Of a stretch of DNA of 64,000 nt, positions 50,142-59,863 are shown piece by piece (position 1 is the first letter of the stretch; each line of letters starts with the position of its first letter). A program made the position numbers and the translations under genes. The notes below the pieces were generated by a model that saw only the letters and a program-made list of their open reading frames with translations, made no database searches and was not told the DNA's origin. This DNA comes from an uncultured Verrucomicrobiae bacterium. Lineage in GTDB: Bacteria; Verrucomicrobiota; Verrucomicrobiia; Limisphaerales; UBA11358. The stretch covers positions 7,531 through 71,530 of the forward strand of contig CAVTVR010000001.1 in assembly GCA_963738225.1 (NCBI GenBank). The letters are read 5' to 3'.

Positions 50142-50534
50142 TTAACAGATGCCTTGTCCTTTTTGAATCAACTCGATTTCGTAGCCTTCGGGCGCGTCAA
50201 TGAAGGCGAAGATCGTGCCGCCCGAACTCGTCGTCGGGCCGTCGGAAAACTTCAGGCCGTGCGCGGCGAGATGCTGTTCAAATTCGGCCAGACTCTCCAC
50301 CTCAAACGCCAGGTGCGTCAGATCGGGCTGCACCTGCACCGGACCGCTGCCGGGGAAAAAGGTGATTTCAAGCAGTTCCTCGCTGCCGGGCGTCCGGAGA
50401 AAAACCAGTTCCGAGCCGCGCGGCGACTTCTGGCGCTTGACTTCTTCAAGACCAAGAACGTCGCGGTAAAATTTCACCGTGCGCTCCAGATCGTTCACGC
50501 GGTAGCGCGTGTGCAGCAACTTGTTGACTCGCAT
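50142..50534 (-). CDS. VOC/glyoxalase I family protein
   Basis: LLHTRYRVNDLERTVKFYRDVLGLE...THLAFEV...GYEIELIQ. Confidence 0.75.
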   Translation of the reverse strand: MRVNKLLHTRYRVNDLERTVKFYRDVLGLEEVKRQKSPRGSELVFLRTPGSEELLEITFFPGSGPVQVQPDLTHLAFEVESLAEFEQHLAAHGLKFSDGPTTSSGGTIFAFIDAPEGYEIELIQKGQGIC

Positions 50535-50586
50535 GGTTCAGCCCACGCCGGCGGACGGAAACGACCCCGCGCGCGACTTGACAGCC

Positions 50587-50661
50587 TTAGTAGTAATAAC
50601 TACAACCGTTGAGAAACAACAGGCCGATGACCGCAACTAAAACAATAATAATGGATTTCAT
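50587..50661 (-). CDS. Candidate 24-aa micro-lipoprotein (speculative)
   Basis: MKSIIIVLVAVIGLLFLNGCSYYY* has a signal-like core and an L-N-G-C lipobox. It lies 53 nt upstream of the glyoxalase gene on the same strand. There is no homology support. Confidence 0.25.
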   Translation of the reverse strand: MKSIIIVLVAVIGLLFLNGCSYYY

Positions 50662-50730
50662 AACGAAGAGTATTATGCAAGAGCCACGCGGTAATGCAAG
50701 ATAGAAACTCCACCTCCGGCCGCGTGATTT

Positions 50731-50766
50731 GACTTTGGACTTTGGACTTTAGGCTTTAGACTTCGG
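50731..50766 (+). repeat. Reiterated GGACTTTGG-type element directly 5' of nusB
   Basis: gactttggactttggactttaggctttagacttcgg ends 2 nt before ATG 50769. Confidence 0.85.
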
Positions 50767-50768
50767 TC

Positions 50769-51269
50769 ATGGGCAAACGACGAGAAGCGCGCGAACGCGC
50801 CGTGCAATTTCTGTTTCAGCATGACCTAAACCCGCCGGACAATCTGGAACTCGAACTGGCGACGTTCTGGAATTCCCAGCGCGCCGCCGCCATCGAGGAC
50901 GAAAAAGGTTCGGCCAAATGGGGCGAAGTCACCGAGCTGCCGCCGCCCACGGTTGCGGAGGCGGAGATGCGCCTGTTCGCCGAACCGCTCATCCGCGGCA
51001 CGCTGGAGCATCGCGACGCGATTGATGAAAAAATCAAAAGCCACGCGAAGAACTGGGAGTTCCACCGCATCGCCGCCGTGGACCGCAACGTCATGCGGCT
51101 GGCGATTTACGAAATGCTCTTTCGCGACGACATCCCGCCGGTCGTGAGCATCAACGAGGCTGTGGACATCGCCAAAAAATTTTCCACCGAAGACAGCGGC
51201 AAATTCGTGAACGGCATCCTCGACAAGGTGCGCGGCGAACTGATGCGTCCGGGAAAAACAGTCAAATGA
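50769..51269 (+). CDS. nusB: Transcription antitermination factor NusB
   Basis: RREARERAVQFLFQ...HRIAAVDRNVMRLAIYEMLFRDDIPPVVSINEAVDIAKKF. Confidence 0.9.
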   Translation: MGKRREARERAVQFLFQHDLNPPDNLELELATFWNSQRAAAIEDEKGSAKWGEVTELPPPTVAEAEMRLFAEPLIRGTLEHRDAIDEKIKSHAKNWEFHRIAAVDRNVMRLAIYEMLFRDDIPPVVSINEAVDIAKKFSTEDSGKFVNGILDKVRGELMRPGKTVK

Positions 51270-52105
51270 AGTTCGCGGATTTGCATCTGCACACGCAGTT
51301 TTCCGACGGCACGTTCACGCCGGAGGAACTGGTTTTACGCGCGCAAAACTGCGGGCTGGCGTGCATCGCGCTGACCGACCACGACACGGTGGAAGGTTGC
51401 GACCGCGCGGCGGCGGCCTGCGCGGCGGCGAAGATGGAGTTCATCTCCGGCGCGGAACTCACCGCCGAATTTGACGACACCGAGGTCCACATCCTCGGCT
51501 ATTTTCTCGACACGGAAAACGCGGTGCTGCTGGACCGGATCGCAAAATTTCAGTCCGTCCGCCAGAACCGGATCAACGAAATGTGCGCCGCGCTGAACCA
51601 GCTGGGCATTCCGCTGAAGTCCGAATCCGTTTTTGCGCTGGCGAACTGCAAATCGCCCGGCCGCCCGCACGTCGCCCGCGCGCTGGTGAAGGAAAAACTC
51701 ATCGGCAACCTCGACGAGGCGTTTGAAAAATATCTCAAAAAAGGCCGGCCCGCCTGGGTGCCAAAAACCAAAATGTCCGCGCTCGAAGGCGTCGAGTTGA
51801 TTCATCAGGCCGGCGGTCTGGCGGTGATGGCGCATCCCGGGTTGAACCGCACGGACGAAATCATTCCCGATCTCGTCAAAGCCGGGCTGGACGGCATCGA
51901 ATGTTTCCACACCAAGCATTCCACCGTGATGGCCGAGCGCTATCTGGAAATTGCGGAGAAATACAATCTGCTCGTCACCGGCGGCAGCGACTGCCACGGG
52001 TTCAGCAAAAACAAGCCGCTCATCGGCACCGTGAAACTGCCCTACGCACACGTTGAAAAACTCAAAGCCAAGGTATCGGAACGAAAACTAAAACCACACG
52101 GATAA
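51266..52105 (+). CDS. PHP-domain phosphoesterase (TrpH/YciV-like)
   Basis: ADLHLHTQFSDGT, ALTDHDT, AHPG, GGSDCHG. The start forms an ATGA overlap with the nusB stop. Confidence 0.85.
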   Translation: MKFADLHLHTQFSDGTFTPEELVLRAQNCGLACIALTDHDTVEGCDRAAAACAAAKMEFISGAELTAEFDDTEVHILGYFLDTENAVLLDRIAKFQSVRQNRINEMCAALNQLGIPLKSESVFALANCKSPGRPHVARALVKEKLIGNLDEAFEKYLKKGRPAWVPKTKMSALEGVELIHQAGGLAVMAHPGLNRTDEIIPDLVKAGLDGIECFHTKHSTVMAERYLEIAEKYNLLVTGGSDCHGFSKNKPLIGTVKLPYAHVEKLKAKVSERKLKPHG

Positions 52106-52133
52106 ACACTGATTTGTTGAAACAGATTTTTTG

Positions 52134-52164
52134 AATCTGTGTCCATCTGTGTGAATCTGTGGCT
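52134..52164 (+). repeat. ATCTGTG-type decamer repeats directly 5' of ftsY
   Basis: aatctgtgtccatctgtgtgaatctgtggct followed by aaaacATG. The junction is the same as upstream of tolR (CATCTGTGGCTAAATAAAAACATG on the minus strand). Confidence 0.85.
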
Positions 52165-52169
52165 AAAAC

Positions 52170-53081
52170 ATGGGTCTCTTCTCCAAATTCAGAGCCGGCC
52201 TCGCCAAGACGCACGCCAAGCTCACGCACGAAATCAAACGCATCGTCACACGTTCGCCCAAGCTCACCGCCGAGTCGCTGGAAGAAATCGAGAGAGCGCT
52301 CATCGCCGCCGATCTGGGCCTGGCGATGACCGCGCAAATCGTGGACGCGGTGAAGAAAACCTACGAAACGCAAGGCGGCGCCGGTCTCGACTATCTCGCC
52401 ATCGCCCGGGCGGAAATCGAGAAAAGCCTTTCCACGAACAATCCGAAGCTGCGCGAAATCCCCGGCGGCACCTGCGTGGTTTCCATCGTCGGCGTCAACG
52501 GCACCGGCAAGACCACCACGAGCGCAAAGCTGGCGAATTATTTTCAGGCGCGGAAAAAAACCGTGCTGCTCGCCGCGTGCGACACGTTCCGCGCGGCGGC
52601 GATTGAGCAGATCAAACTTTGGGGAACACGATTGAAAGTCGAAGTCATCGCCGGCAATTACGGCGCGGACGCCGCGTCCGTGGCGCACGACGCCGTGACC
52701 GCCGCGCAGGCGCGCCAGGCGGATTATCTTTTCATTGACACGGCGGGACGTTTGCACACGAAGCACAACCTGATGCAGGAATTGCAGAAGCTGCATCGCG
52801 TCATCGGCAAGCAACTCGCGGGCGCGCCGCACGAAGTCCTGCTCGTGCTCGACGGCAGCACCGGCATGAACGCGCTGACGCAGGCGCGCGAATTTCACAA
52901 GGCCGTGCCGCTCACCGGCCTGATCGTGACCAAGCTGGACGGCACGAGCAAAGGCGGCATGGTGGTGGCCATCCAAAAGGAACTCGGCCTGCCGATCAAA
53001 TTTATCGGCCTGGGCGAGCAGCCGGACGATTTGCAGCCTTTCGACGCCAAACAATTTGCACAGGCATTGTTTGAGGAATAA
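52170..53081 (+). CDS. ftsY: Signal recognition particle receptor FtsY (short form, NG domain)
   Basis: GVNGTGKTTTSAKLA, DTAGRLH, TKLDGTSKGG. Confidence 0.9.
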   Translation: MGLFSKFRAGLAKTHAKLTHEIKRIVTRSPKLTAESLEEIERALIAADLGLAMTAQIVDAVKKTYETQGGAGLDYLAIARAEIEKSLSTNNPKLREIPGGTCVVSIVGVNGTGKTTTSAKLANYFQARKKTVLLAACDTFRAAAIEQIKLWGTRLKVEVIAGNYGADAASVAHDAVTAAQARQADYLFIDTAGRLHTKHNLMQELQKLHRVIGKQLAGAPHEVLLVLDGSTGMNALTQAREFHKAVPLTGLIVTKLDGTSKGGMVVAIQKELGLPIKFIGLGEQPDDLQPFDAKQFAQALFEE

Positions 53082-53119
53082 ACTTTCGCCGCGAATCATC
53101 CTGGATTAAAAAATAGAAC

Positions 53120-53470
53120 ATGAAACGCATTGAAGCCATTATCCGGCCCCACAAACAATCTTACGTCCTGAAGGCGCTTGCCCGCCTGGGCATTACAAAC
53201 GCGACCATCATCGAAACCTTGGGACTCGCCAGCCTGCCAAGCTTCTCCCAACTTTATGAGCCGGCGAACCAGGACAACGAAGCCCAGGTCGGACTTATTC
53301 CAAAACGGCAGTTGCTTCTGTTTGTGGAAGACGACCAGGTCCAGGCCGTGGTTGAAACCATCCAATCCGCCGCGCTCACCGGCACGCCGGGCGATGGAAA
53401 AATCGCCGTCTCGCAGCTTGACCAGTTCGTGCGCATCCGGCCCAAGAAAAAAACCGAATCATCCCTTTGA
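53120..53470 (+). CDS. Divergent P-II-like signal transduction protein
   Basis: It has the P-II beta-alpha-beta pattern (MKRIEAIIRPHK...LKALARLGIT...TGTPGDGKIAVSQLDQFVRIR). The T-loop region does not resemble GlnB/GlnK. Confidence 0.6.
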   Translation: MKRIEAIIRPHKQSYVLKALARLGITNATIIETLGLASLPSFSQLYEPANQDNEAQVGLIPKRQLLLFVEDDQVQAVVETIQSAALTGTPGDGKIAVSQLDQFVRIRPKKKTESSL

Positions 53471-53540
53471 TCGGTTGACGCGCCTTGGCGTGTTTGTTAC
53501 CGGCCAAAATCAAATGCCGGGACATAGAAAGTTACAGACC

Positions 53541-54794
53541 ATGAAAACCGCGCTGCTACTGCTGCTGATGCTTGCCATGCCTGCATTCGCCGCCGATACG
53601 GCTTCCACCGCCGCCACCGCCGTCAATGCGTTGGGGATAGATTTGCTTCACCAAGTCGGCGGAACCGGCGCGAACAACTTGCTCTCGCCTTATTCCATTC
53701 AAACCGCGCTGGCGATGACTTATGCCGGCGCGGACGGCACGACGCGCGAGGAACTGATGAAGGTGTTGCATTATCCGTCGGATGAGGCGGCGTTGCACCG
53801 CTCATTCGCGGAATTGCAGAAGGCGCTTGGCGAGGTGCTGCAGCGCAGCCTCCTACTCGCTAAACGCAGCAAGCACTATGGCTTGAACAATGAACCCATC
53901 AAACTCGCGATTGCCAACCGCCTGTTCGGGCAGCAAGGCTACGAATTTCGCGAACCGTTCCTTGCATTGACCAAAACCAATTACGATGCGCCGTTCAAGG
54001 CGTTGGATTTCATGCATGACGCGGGCGGGGCGACGAAGACCATCAATGACTGGGTGGCACAGCAAACCATGCAGCGCATCCAAAACCTGATTCCCAGTCC
54101 GCCGGACGACTTGACGCGGCTCGTGCTGGTCAATGCCATCTACCTGAAAGCGCCCTGGGCGGAACCGTTCCCAGAATATTTCACCAAGCCCCGTCCGTTT
54201 CACGTTGCCGGCGGAGCGGCGGTGGATGTGCCGACAATGAACATGGTGAAAACATTTGGCTACGAAAAGCGCGACGGTTTCACCGCCGTGACGATTCCTT
54301 ACAATGGCGGAGACATCCAGTTCCTCATCCTGCTGCCCGACGACGTAAATGGACTGGCACAGTTGGAAGCACGATTGACCGCCGATACTCTGGCCTCGTG
54401 CGCCGCGTTGCCGGAACGCGACGTGAATCTTTTCCTGCCCAAATTCAAAATCGCGCCGCCGACGGTTCTGTTGAGCCAGTCCCTCCAGGCGCTTGGCATG
54501 AAAACCGCGTTTGATATTCCCGAAGGCAGCGCTAATTTCGACCGCATGGCGCCGCGCCGCCCGAATGATTATCTTTATATTTCGGCAGTCTTCCATAAAA
54601 CATTCCTCAACTTGGACGAAAATGGAACCGAAGCCGCCGCCGCAACAGCCGTGGCTATGTCTAATCTTTCGGAGATCCAAATGGAAAAACCCAAGCCTGT
54701 GGAAGTGAATGTGGATCGTCCATTCTTGTTCGCCATTCAACATCGCGCGAGCGGCGCGTGCTTGTTCCTCGGCCACGTCGCTGATCCACGTTGA
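53541..54794 (+). CDS. Secreted serpin (serine protease inhibitor family)
   Basis: Signal peptide MKTALLLLLMLAMPAFA. Motifs NLLSPYSIQTALAMTYAGA and NAIYLKAPW. Hinge/RCL is ENGTEAAAATAVAMSNLS, followed by DRPFLFAIQHRASGACLFLGHVADP. Confidence 0.85.
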   Translation: MKTALLLLLMLAMPAFAADTASTAATAVNALGIDLLHQVGGTGANNLLSPYSIQTALAMTYAGADGTTREELMKVLHYPSDEAALHRSFAELQKALGEVLQRSLLLAKRSKHYGLNNEPIKLAIANRLFGQQGYEFREPFLALTKTNYDAPFKALDFMHDAGGATKTINDWVAQQTMQRIQNLIPSPPDDLTRLVLVNAIYLKAPWAEPFPEYFTKPRPFHVAGGAAVDVPTMNMVKTFGYEKRDGFTAVTIPYNGGDIQFLILLPDDVNGLAQLEARLTADTLASCAALPERDVNLFLPKFKIAPPTVLLSQSLQALGMKTAFDIPEGSANFDRMAPRRPNDYLYISAVFHKTFLNLDENGTEAAAATAVAMSNLSEIQMEKPKPVEVNVDRPFLFAIQHRASGACLFLGHVADPR

Positions 54795-54881
54795 CCGTCC
54801 ATTTCCTGACGGCAAGTCGGCCAACTGGCGCAACCCAGTTTGGGCTTTCCAAGTCCATCGCAAATCGTAAATCATGGGCGA

Positions 54882-55775
54882 ATGAAATTCATCCGCGACA
54901 TCTACGCCGAAAAGAAAGCCGCCGGCAAACCGGTCGTCTCCTTTGAATTTTTCCCGCCCAAAACCGACGAAGGCGACCGCGCGCTGTTTGAAAAACAAAT
55001 TCCCGCGCTGCTGGCGGCGCGGCCGGATTTTTGCTCCGTCACCTACGGCGCCGGCGGCAGCACGCGCGAAAAGACCTTGCAGATCGTGGATCGCGATCCA
55101 GCGCCAGCACGGCCTGCCGGCGCTCGCGCATCTCACCTGCGTCAACCACACGCGCGAGGAAGTCCGCGCGCTGCTGGAAAAAATCCGCGCGCTCGACTGC
55201 AAAAACATCCTGGCCCTGCGCGGCGATCCGCCCGGCGGCGGCGAATTTCAGCCGCACGCCCGGCGGCTTTGAATTTTCCTCGGAACTGGTGAAATTCATC
55301 CGCGAGCAGGGCGATTTTTCCACCGGCGTCGCCGGTTTTCCCGAAGGCCACATCGCCTGCAAGGACGGCAAGCACGCCGACTGGCGGCACTTGAAGGAAA
55401 AAGTCGAGGCCGGCGCGGATTTCGTGGTCACGCAACTGTTTTTCGACAACGCGGATTATTTTGAATTCCGCGACCACGTGGCCGGCAAGCTCGGCGTGAC
55501 CGTGCCGCTCGTGCCCGGCGTCGTCTCCATTTTGAGCGCGACGCAGATCACCAAGATTCACGCAGACTGTGCGGCGCGAAAATCCCGCCGGCGCTGCGGG
55601 CAAAGCTGGATGCGCTCGGCACGGATGATGAGGCGGCGATGAAATTTGGCATCGAATACGCCACGCGCCAGTGCGAGGAGCTGCTGCGCGCCGGCGCGCC
55701 CGGCCTGCATTTTTACACGCTGAACAAGGCGCCCGCCACCGTGCAGGTGTTGAAAAATCTGGGGCTGGCCTTTTT
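54882..55775 (+). pseudogene. metF: Methylenetetrahydrofolate reductase; at least 3 frame disruptions; 3' end uncertain
   Basis: [50 protein letters not shown]. The shifts are near 55090, 55262 and 55560. Homology ends near 55770, but the frame as sequenced has no stop until 55911. Confidence 0.8.
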
Positions 55776-56776
55776 CAATTTGCAATTTTTACAACCGCCA
55801 GAAACTTGCCCAATTGGTGCCATGATGCCGAGGACGCTCAACGGGCCTTGGTCTTCCAGCCCGTCGGCCGCCTTGTCGAGTTTCTGGAGCGAGAGCTTGG
55901 CGTTTTTGTAAAATTCCTGGTCGTTCACCAGTTTGCCGATGGTGCCGTTGCCTTGGTTGATCTTGAGCAAAATCTGGTTCAGGTTGGTCATTGAGCCGGT
56001 GGCCGAGTGATAAAGCGTTTCATCGGTCAGCAGCTTGCCGATGGTGCCCTGGCCGGCGGCGGCGTTGGTCACCACGAGCTTTATGGAGGCAATCATGTCG
56101 TTGGCATTCGCGGCGGTCGTCTGCAAATTGCGTCACCGTGGTCAGCGCCGACGAATACAGCGCGTCCTCGTAAATCAGCTTGCCGACCGTGCCCTGGCCG
56201 GAGGCGATCTGGCCGGTGATGTTCGTGATGTTTGCAATCGTCGCCGCCGAGTTCATCTTTGTGGCTCTTGAAGAAATCACCGAGCGGGCCGAACAAATTA
56301 TGGATGTCATCGCTCGAGAAGGCTTTGGTCATGTTCTGGATGCCATCCACCGCTCCGTCCAGCTTGGTCATGATGGCGCTCAAATCCGGCTGCTCGACGG
56401 TGGCCAGCTCCGTGCCGTCTTTGGCCCTGGGTTTGTCCGGCGAACCGAAATCTATGGCCACAAAATTCTGCCCCATCAGGCCGGTGAATTTGATGCTGGC
56501 CTTGCTGTCGGTTTTGACCATGGCGTCGTCGTGCAGTTTCATGATCACCCTGACCTTGGTGTCCGTGAGCTGGATGTCCTCCACGCGGCCGATTTCGACG
56601 CCGGCCATTTTCACGCGGTCGCCCGGCTTCAAATCCTGCACGGTGTCGAACTGCGCGCTGACGTGGTAGCCGTGGTGGAACCAGTCGGCGCTGCCCAGGG
56701 TTTCAACAATGAGCCAGGCGGCGAACACCGCCAGAAAGACAAAAATGCCGAGCTTGGTTTCGAGTGAGTTTTTCAT
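55713..56776 (-). pseudogene. mlaD: MCE/MlaD-family protein with three GQGT(I/V)GKL repeats; two frame disruptions (near 56247 and 56135)
   Basis: MCE domain VSAQFDTVQDLKPGDRVKMAGVEIGRVEDI. Repeats GQGTVGKLIYEDALY, GQGTIGKLLTDETLY and GNGTIGKLVNDQEFY. A further shift may give a true stop at about 55775 (...LGKFLAVVKIAN*). Confidence 0.7.
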
Positions 56777-56778
56777 AG

Positions 56779-57549
56779 GCGGAATGAATTAATTTTCACG
56801 TTTGAAATCCGCGTGCAGAAAATTTTGCACGAGCGGGTCTGTTGAAATTTTTGACTTCGTCCGGCGTGCCGACGGTGATGATTTTGCCGTCCGCGATGAC
56901 CGCAATGCGGTCGGCCACGCCAAACGCCAGGTCGCGGTCATGCGACACCACCAGCGAAGTGACGCTGATGCGGCGTTTGAGGTTCAAGATCTCGTTGCCG
57001 ATGACCACGGACGAAAGCGGATCCAGTTCGCTCGTCGGTTCGTCGTAAAGAATCAACTGCGGTTCGATGACCAGCGCGCGGGCAATGGCGACGCGCTTTT
57101 TCATGCCGCCGGAAAGTTCGGACGGCATTTTGTCCATCGCGTCCTTGAGGCCGACATCCTCCAGTTTTTCGGAAACGATTTTTTCAATTTCCGCCGGCGG
57201 TTTGAGCCGGTGTTCGGTCAGGTAAAGCCCGACATTTTCGCCGACGGTCAGCGAATTGAGCAGCGCGCCGGACTGGAACACCAGCGCCATGCGGTATTTC
57301 GCGGCGATTTCCGGCGTGCTGATGGATTCGCCGTTGATGAGGATTTCGCCGGCATCCGGCTCTTCGAGGCCGATCAGATGCTTGAGCAAAACGCTTTTGC
57401 CGCTGCCGCTCGGCCCCATGATGACAAAAATTTCGCCGGGCTGGACTTCCAGATCAATGCCATCCAGCACTTTTTGTCCGCCAAAACTCTTGTGCAAGCC
57501 CCGCACAACGAGGCTGACACCGGCAATGTGGGTTGTTCGAGCTGTTCAT
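56779..57549 (-). pseudogene. mlaF: ABC transporter ATP-binding protein MlaF-like; frame disruptions at both extremities
   Basis: GPSGSGKS, LSGGMKKRVAIARAL, LILYDEPTS. The N-terminus MNSSNNPH|IAGVSLVVRGLHKSFGG needs a shift near 57520. The C-terminus reads the canonical DPLVQNFLHADF only after a shift near 56850. The start forms an ATGA overlap with the mlaE stop. Confidence 0.8.
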
Positions 57550-58283
57550 TGCAGCAACAAGCGGGTGAGCAGATAGTCAAAAATCACGATGAGCACGATG
57601 GAGTTCACCACGGCCTTCGTGACCGAGCGGCCGATGCCGCGCGGGCCGCCGATGGTGGTCAATCCCTGATGGCACGACACCACGCCGATGATGACCGCAA
57701 AGCAAAAGCTCTTGAACACGCCGTTGGCCACGTCCTTCAACGCCACGAGGTTTTTCAAATCGGAAAAAAACGCCTTGAACGGAATTTCCATGTGCTGGTT
57801 CAAATCCGCCACCATCGCGCCGCCGAACCAGCCGACGAGAATGGAAAACACGACGAGCAGCGGCAGCGCCAGCGCGATGGCGACGATCCGGGGCAGGACG
57901 AGATAATGAATCGGGTTGATGTTCATCGTGCGCAGCGCGTCAATTTCCTGATAGACGCGCATCGAGCCGATTTCCGCCGCCATCGCCGAGCCAATGCGGC
58001 CCGCGATCAAAATGGCCATCATCACCGGCGCCAGTTCCTTGGCGATGGCGAGGCCCACCACGCCGCCGACGGCGTTGGCCAGGCTGCGTTCCACCAGCGG
58101 CGGGCCGAAATTCAGGGCGATGACGCCGCCGATGAAAAACGACAGCACGCAAACCATCAGCAGGCTGGCGTTGCCGATCTCGAAAAACTGCTCGAAGACC
58201 TTCTGCCGCTGCCGCCACGCCTGCGGCAGGGCCAGCAGCGTGCGCCAGAACAACAGGACGATTTCTCCGACATTTTCAAACAT
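57546..58283 (-). CDS. mlaE: ABC transporter permease MlaE-like
   Basis: MFENVGEIVLLFWRTL...GRIGSAMAAEIGSMRVYQEIDALRTMNINP... As sequenced it is fused in frame to the upstream gene (ORF 57546-58850). Confidence 0.8.
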   Translation of the reverse strand: MFENVGEIVLLFWRTLLALPQAWRQRQKVFEQFFEIGNASLLMVCVLSFFIGGVIALNFGPPLVERSLANAVGGVVGLAIAKELAPVMMAILIAGRIGSAMAAEIGSMRVYQEIDALRTMNINPIHYLVLPRIVAIALALPLLVVFSILVGWFGGAMVADLNQHMEIPFKAFFSDLKNLVALKDVANGVFKSFCFAVIIGVVSCHQGLTTIGGPRGIGRSVTKAVVNSIVLIVIFDYLLTRLLLQ

Positions 58284-59798
58284 GGTTGTTTGCGGTTTAT
58301 TTTTTGGGCGGCGGCGTTTGGAAACGGTGAAATAAAACAGTTTCGTCCGCTCCGTTTCCTTGGTGGATTGATACTGGAAAAGGCCGAACAGGAGCGAGAC
58401 TTTTTTATGCCCCGGCGCGGTCTCGCGGCGATACAAATTCCATAAAAACGACTGGCTGCCGGCGCCGGTCTTCTGGTTGTCCTCCGCGCGCCAGAGCGAC
58501 CAGAGCGGCGACCAGTTGCGTTCGATGCCGGGATTGTCCGGCACGGCCGGTTCCAGCGGCGCGAGGATTTGCAGGCGTTCGTTGCCGTTGAAATCGCGGT
58601 GCCAGGTGAAAAACGGCCACATGTCCAGCCGCGTCCTTTCCGCGCCGGTCTCGGTGTTTTTTTCCGACAGCCGCGAATAAAGATAAAACAGCACGCGCGT
58701 GCGCTGCTGGTCGAGCGGATCGGCCTGCGTGCGCTTGAAAGTGTAAAGCGGCCAGAGGTAGGAATCGCTTTCCTTGACGCCGTTGTGCGACTGGCTGAAC
58801 AGGGGGAAAACGCGCGAGGTGTGCTTGCCTTCGCCGCGCGCAAAAATCACAAACGGCCACGGCCCCTGCCATTCGTGATATTTTTTCGCGCGGTCGTCAA
58901 TCGAGGCGAAAAAGGGCCAGAGGACGGACGTGGAATCGCGTTGCGGCGAGCGGCTGATGGCAAAAAACGGGATCGAGGCGCGGAATTTTTCCGGATTGTC
59001 GGTGCCGATGCCGTTGTCTTGCGCTCAGATAAAACGGCCAGAGATAAAATGACTGGTCGTGACCGCCGATCAGACGTGACATCGCCAAAGCCGTTGGTCT
59101 GCGTGGTCACGTCCTTGTGTTCGCGCCCGGCAAACGGCCAGACCTGCCAGCCGTCCAGCCCGTCGCCATGGCGGACGTGGAACAAACGGATAGAAATAAT
59201 TGTCGGTGACAATATCGCGTTTGCGCGTCTCGCCAAAAACCGGAAACAGGATGAAATAAATTTCATCGCGAAACAGCCGGTTTTTGAGCCGGCCATAGAA
59301 CGGCACAAAGCGCGGTGTAATTTAAATTGGTGTCCGGGGCGCGCTGTTGGAAATAAAACGGAAAAAGCGTGAAGCGTTTTGTATCCGCATCATCTGGTTC
59401 CCGTCCGCAGGAGGTGCTGATCAATTGGCAAAACTGCCAGCGCCGTTCCTGGCCGTAGCGGATGTGGGTCAGCAGCGGATACAGAAAATCATCTTCATGC
59501 GAATTCCACGGCTGGATTGCGGTCATAGGAATAAAATGGCGGAATGGCCTAGATGTTTTCGGAATCAGTCTGTTGCGAATAATAAAACGGTCCGGCGGCT
59601 TCCGTGCGACAGCCGTCTTCCAGAGTCAATTGGAAGCTGGTCAAACAGAAAGCCCATGTGCGTTTCGGCTTCGGCTGCCACCGTCGTATAAAACGAAATG
59701 ACTATTCCCACAAAACCAAGGCAAACACGCCTCGCAAAGACATATTGCGCAAATCGCGAATCCGCACTGCTCGTTATCGTTATTGGCATTTTGTTCAT
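58284..59798 (-). pseudogene. Aromatic-Pro repeat protein ((L/F)(W/F/Y)P(F/L)(F/Y) every 20-25 aa), unknown family; at least 4 frame disruptions and no stop as sequenced
   Basis: N-terminal hydrophobic segment LGFVGIVISFYTTVAA. Repeats include FLYPLLTH, LFPFYFQ, LFPFYGR, LFPVFGE, YFYPFV, VWPFAG, LWPFYLS, IPFFAIS, LWPFFAS, PWPFVIF, VFPLFSQ, LWPLYTF and MWPFFTW. One extra A in the A-run at 58301-58306 would give ...RRRPKK*. Confidence 0.6.
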
Positions 59799-59863
59799 CC
59801 GTTTTTTGCCTGGTTTGACATGTATTTTAACAATGATATTGACTTTGGCTCATTTTCCCTATT

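Noticed and set aside
56802-58445. 547-aa plus-strand ORF
   Set aside because: It lies antisense to mlaF and mlaE, which have clear ABC motifs on the other strand. It has a low-complexity Arg/Asp/His-rich translation.
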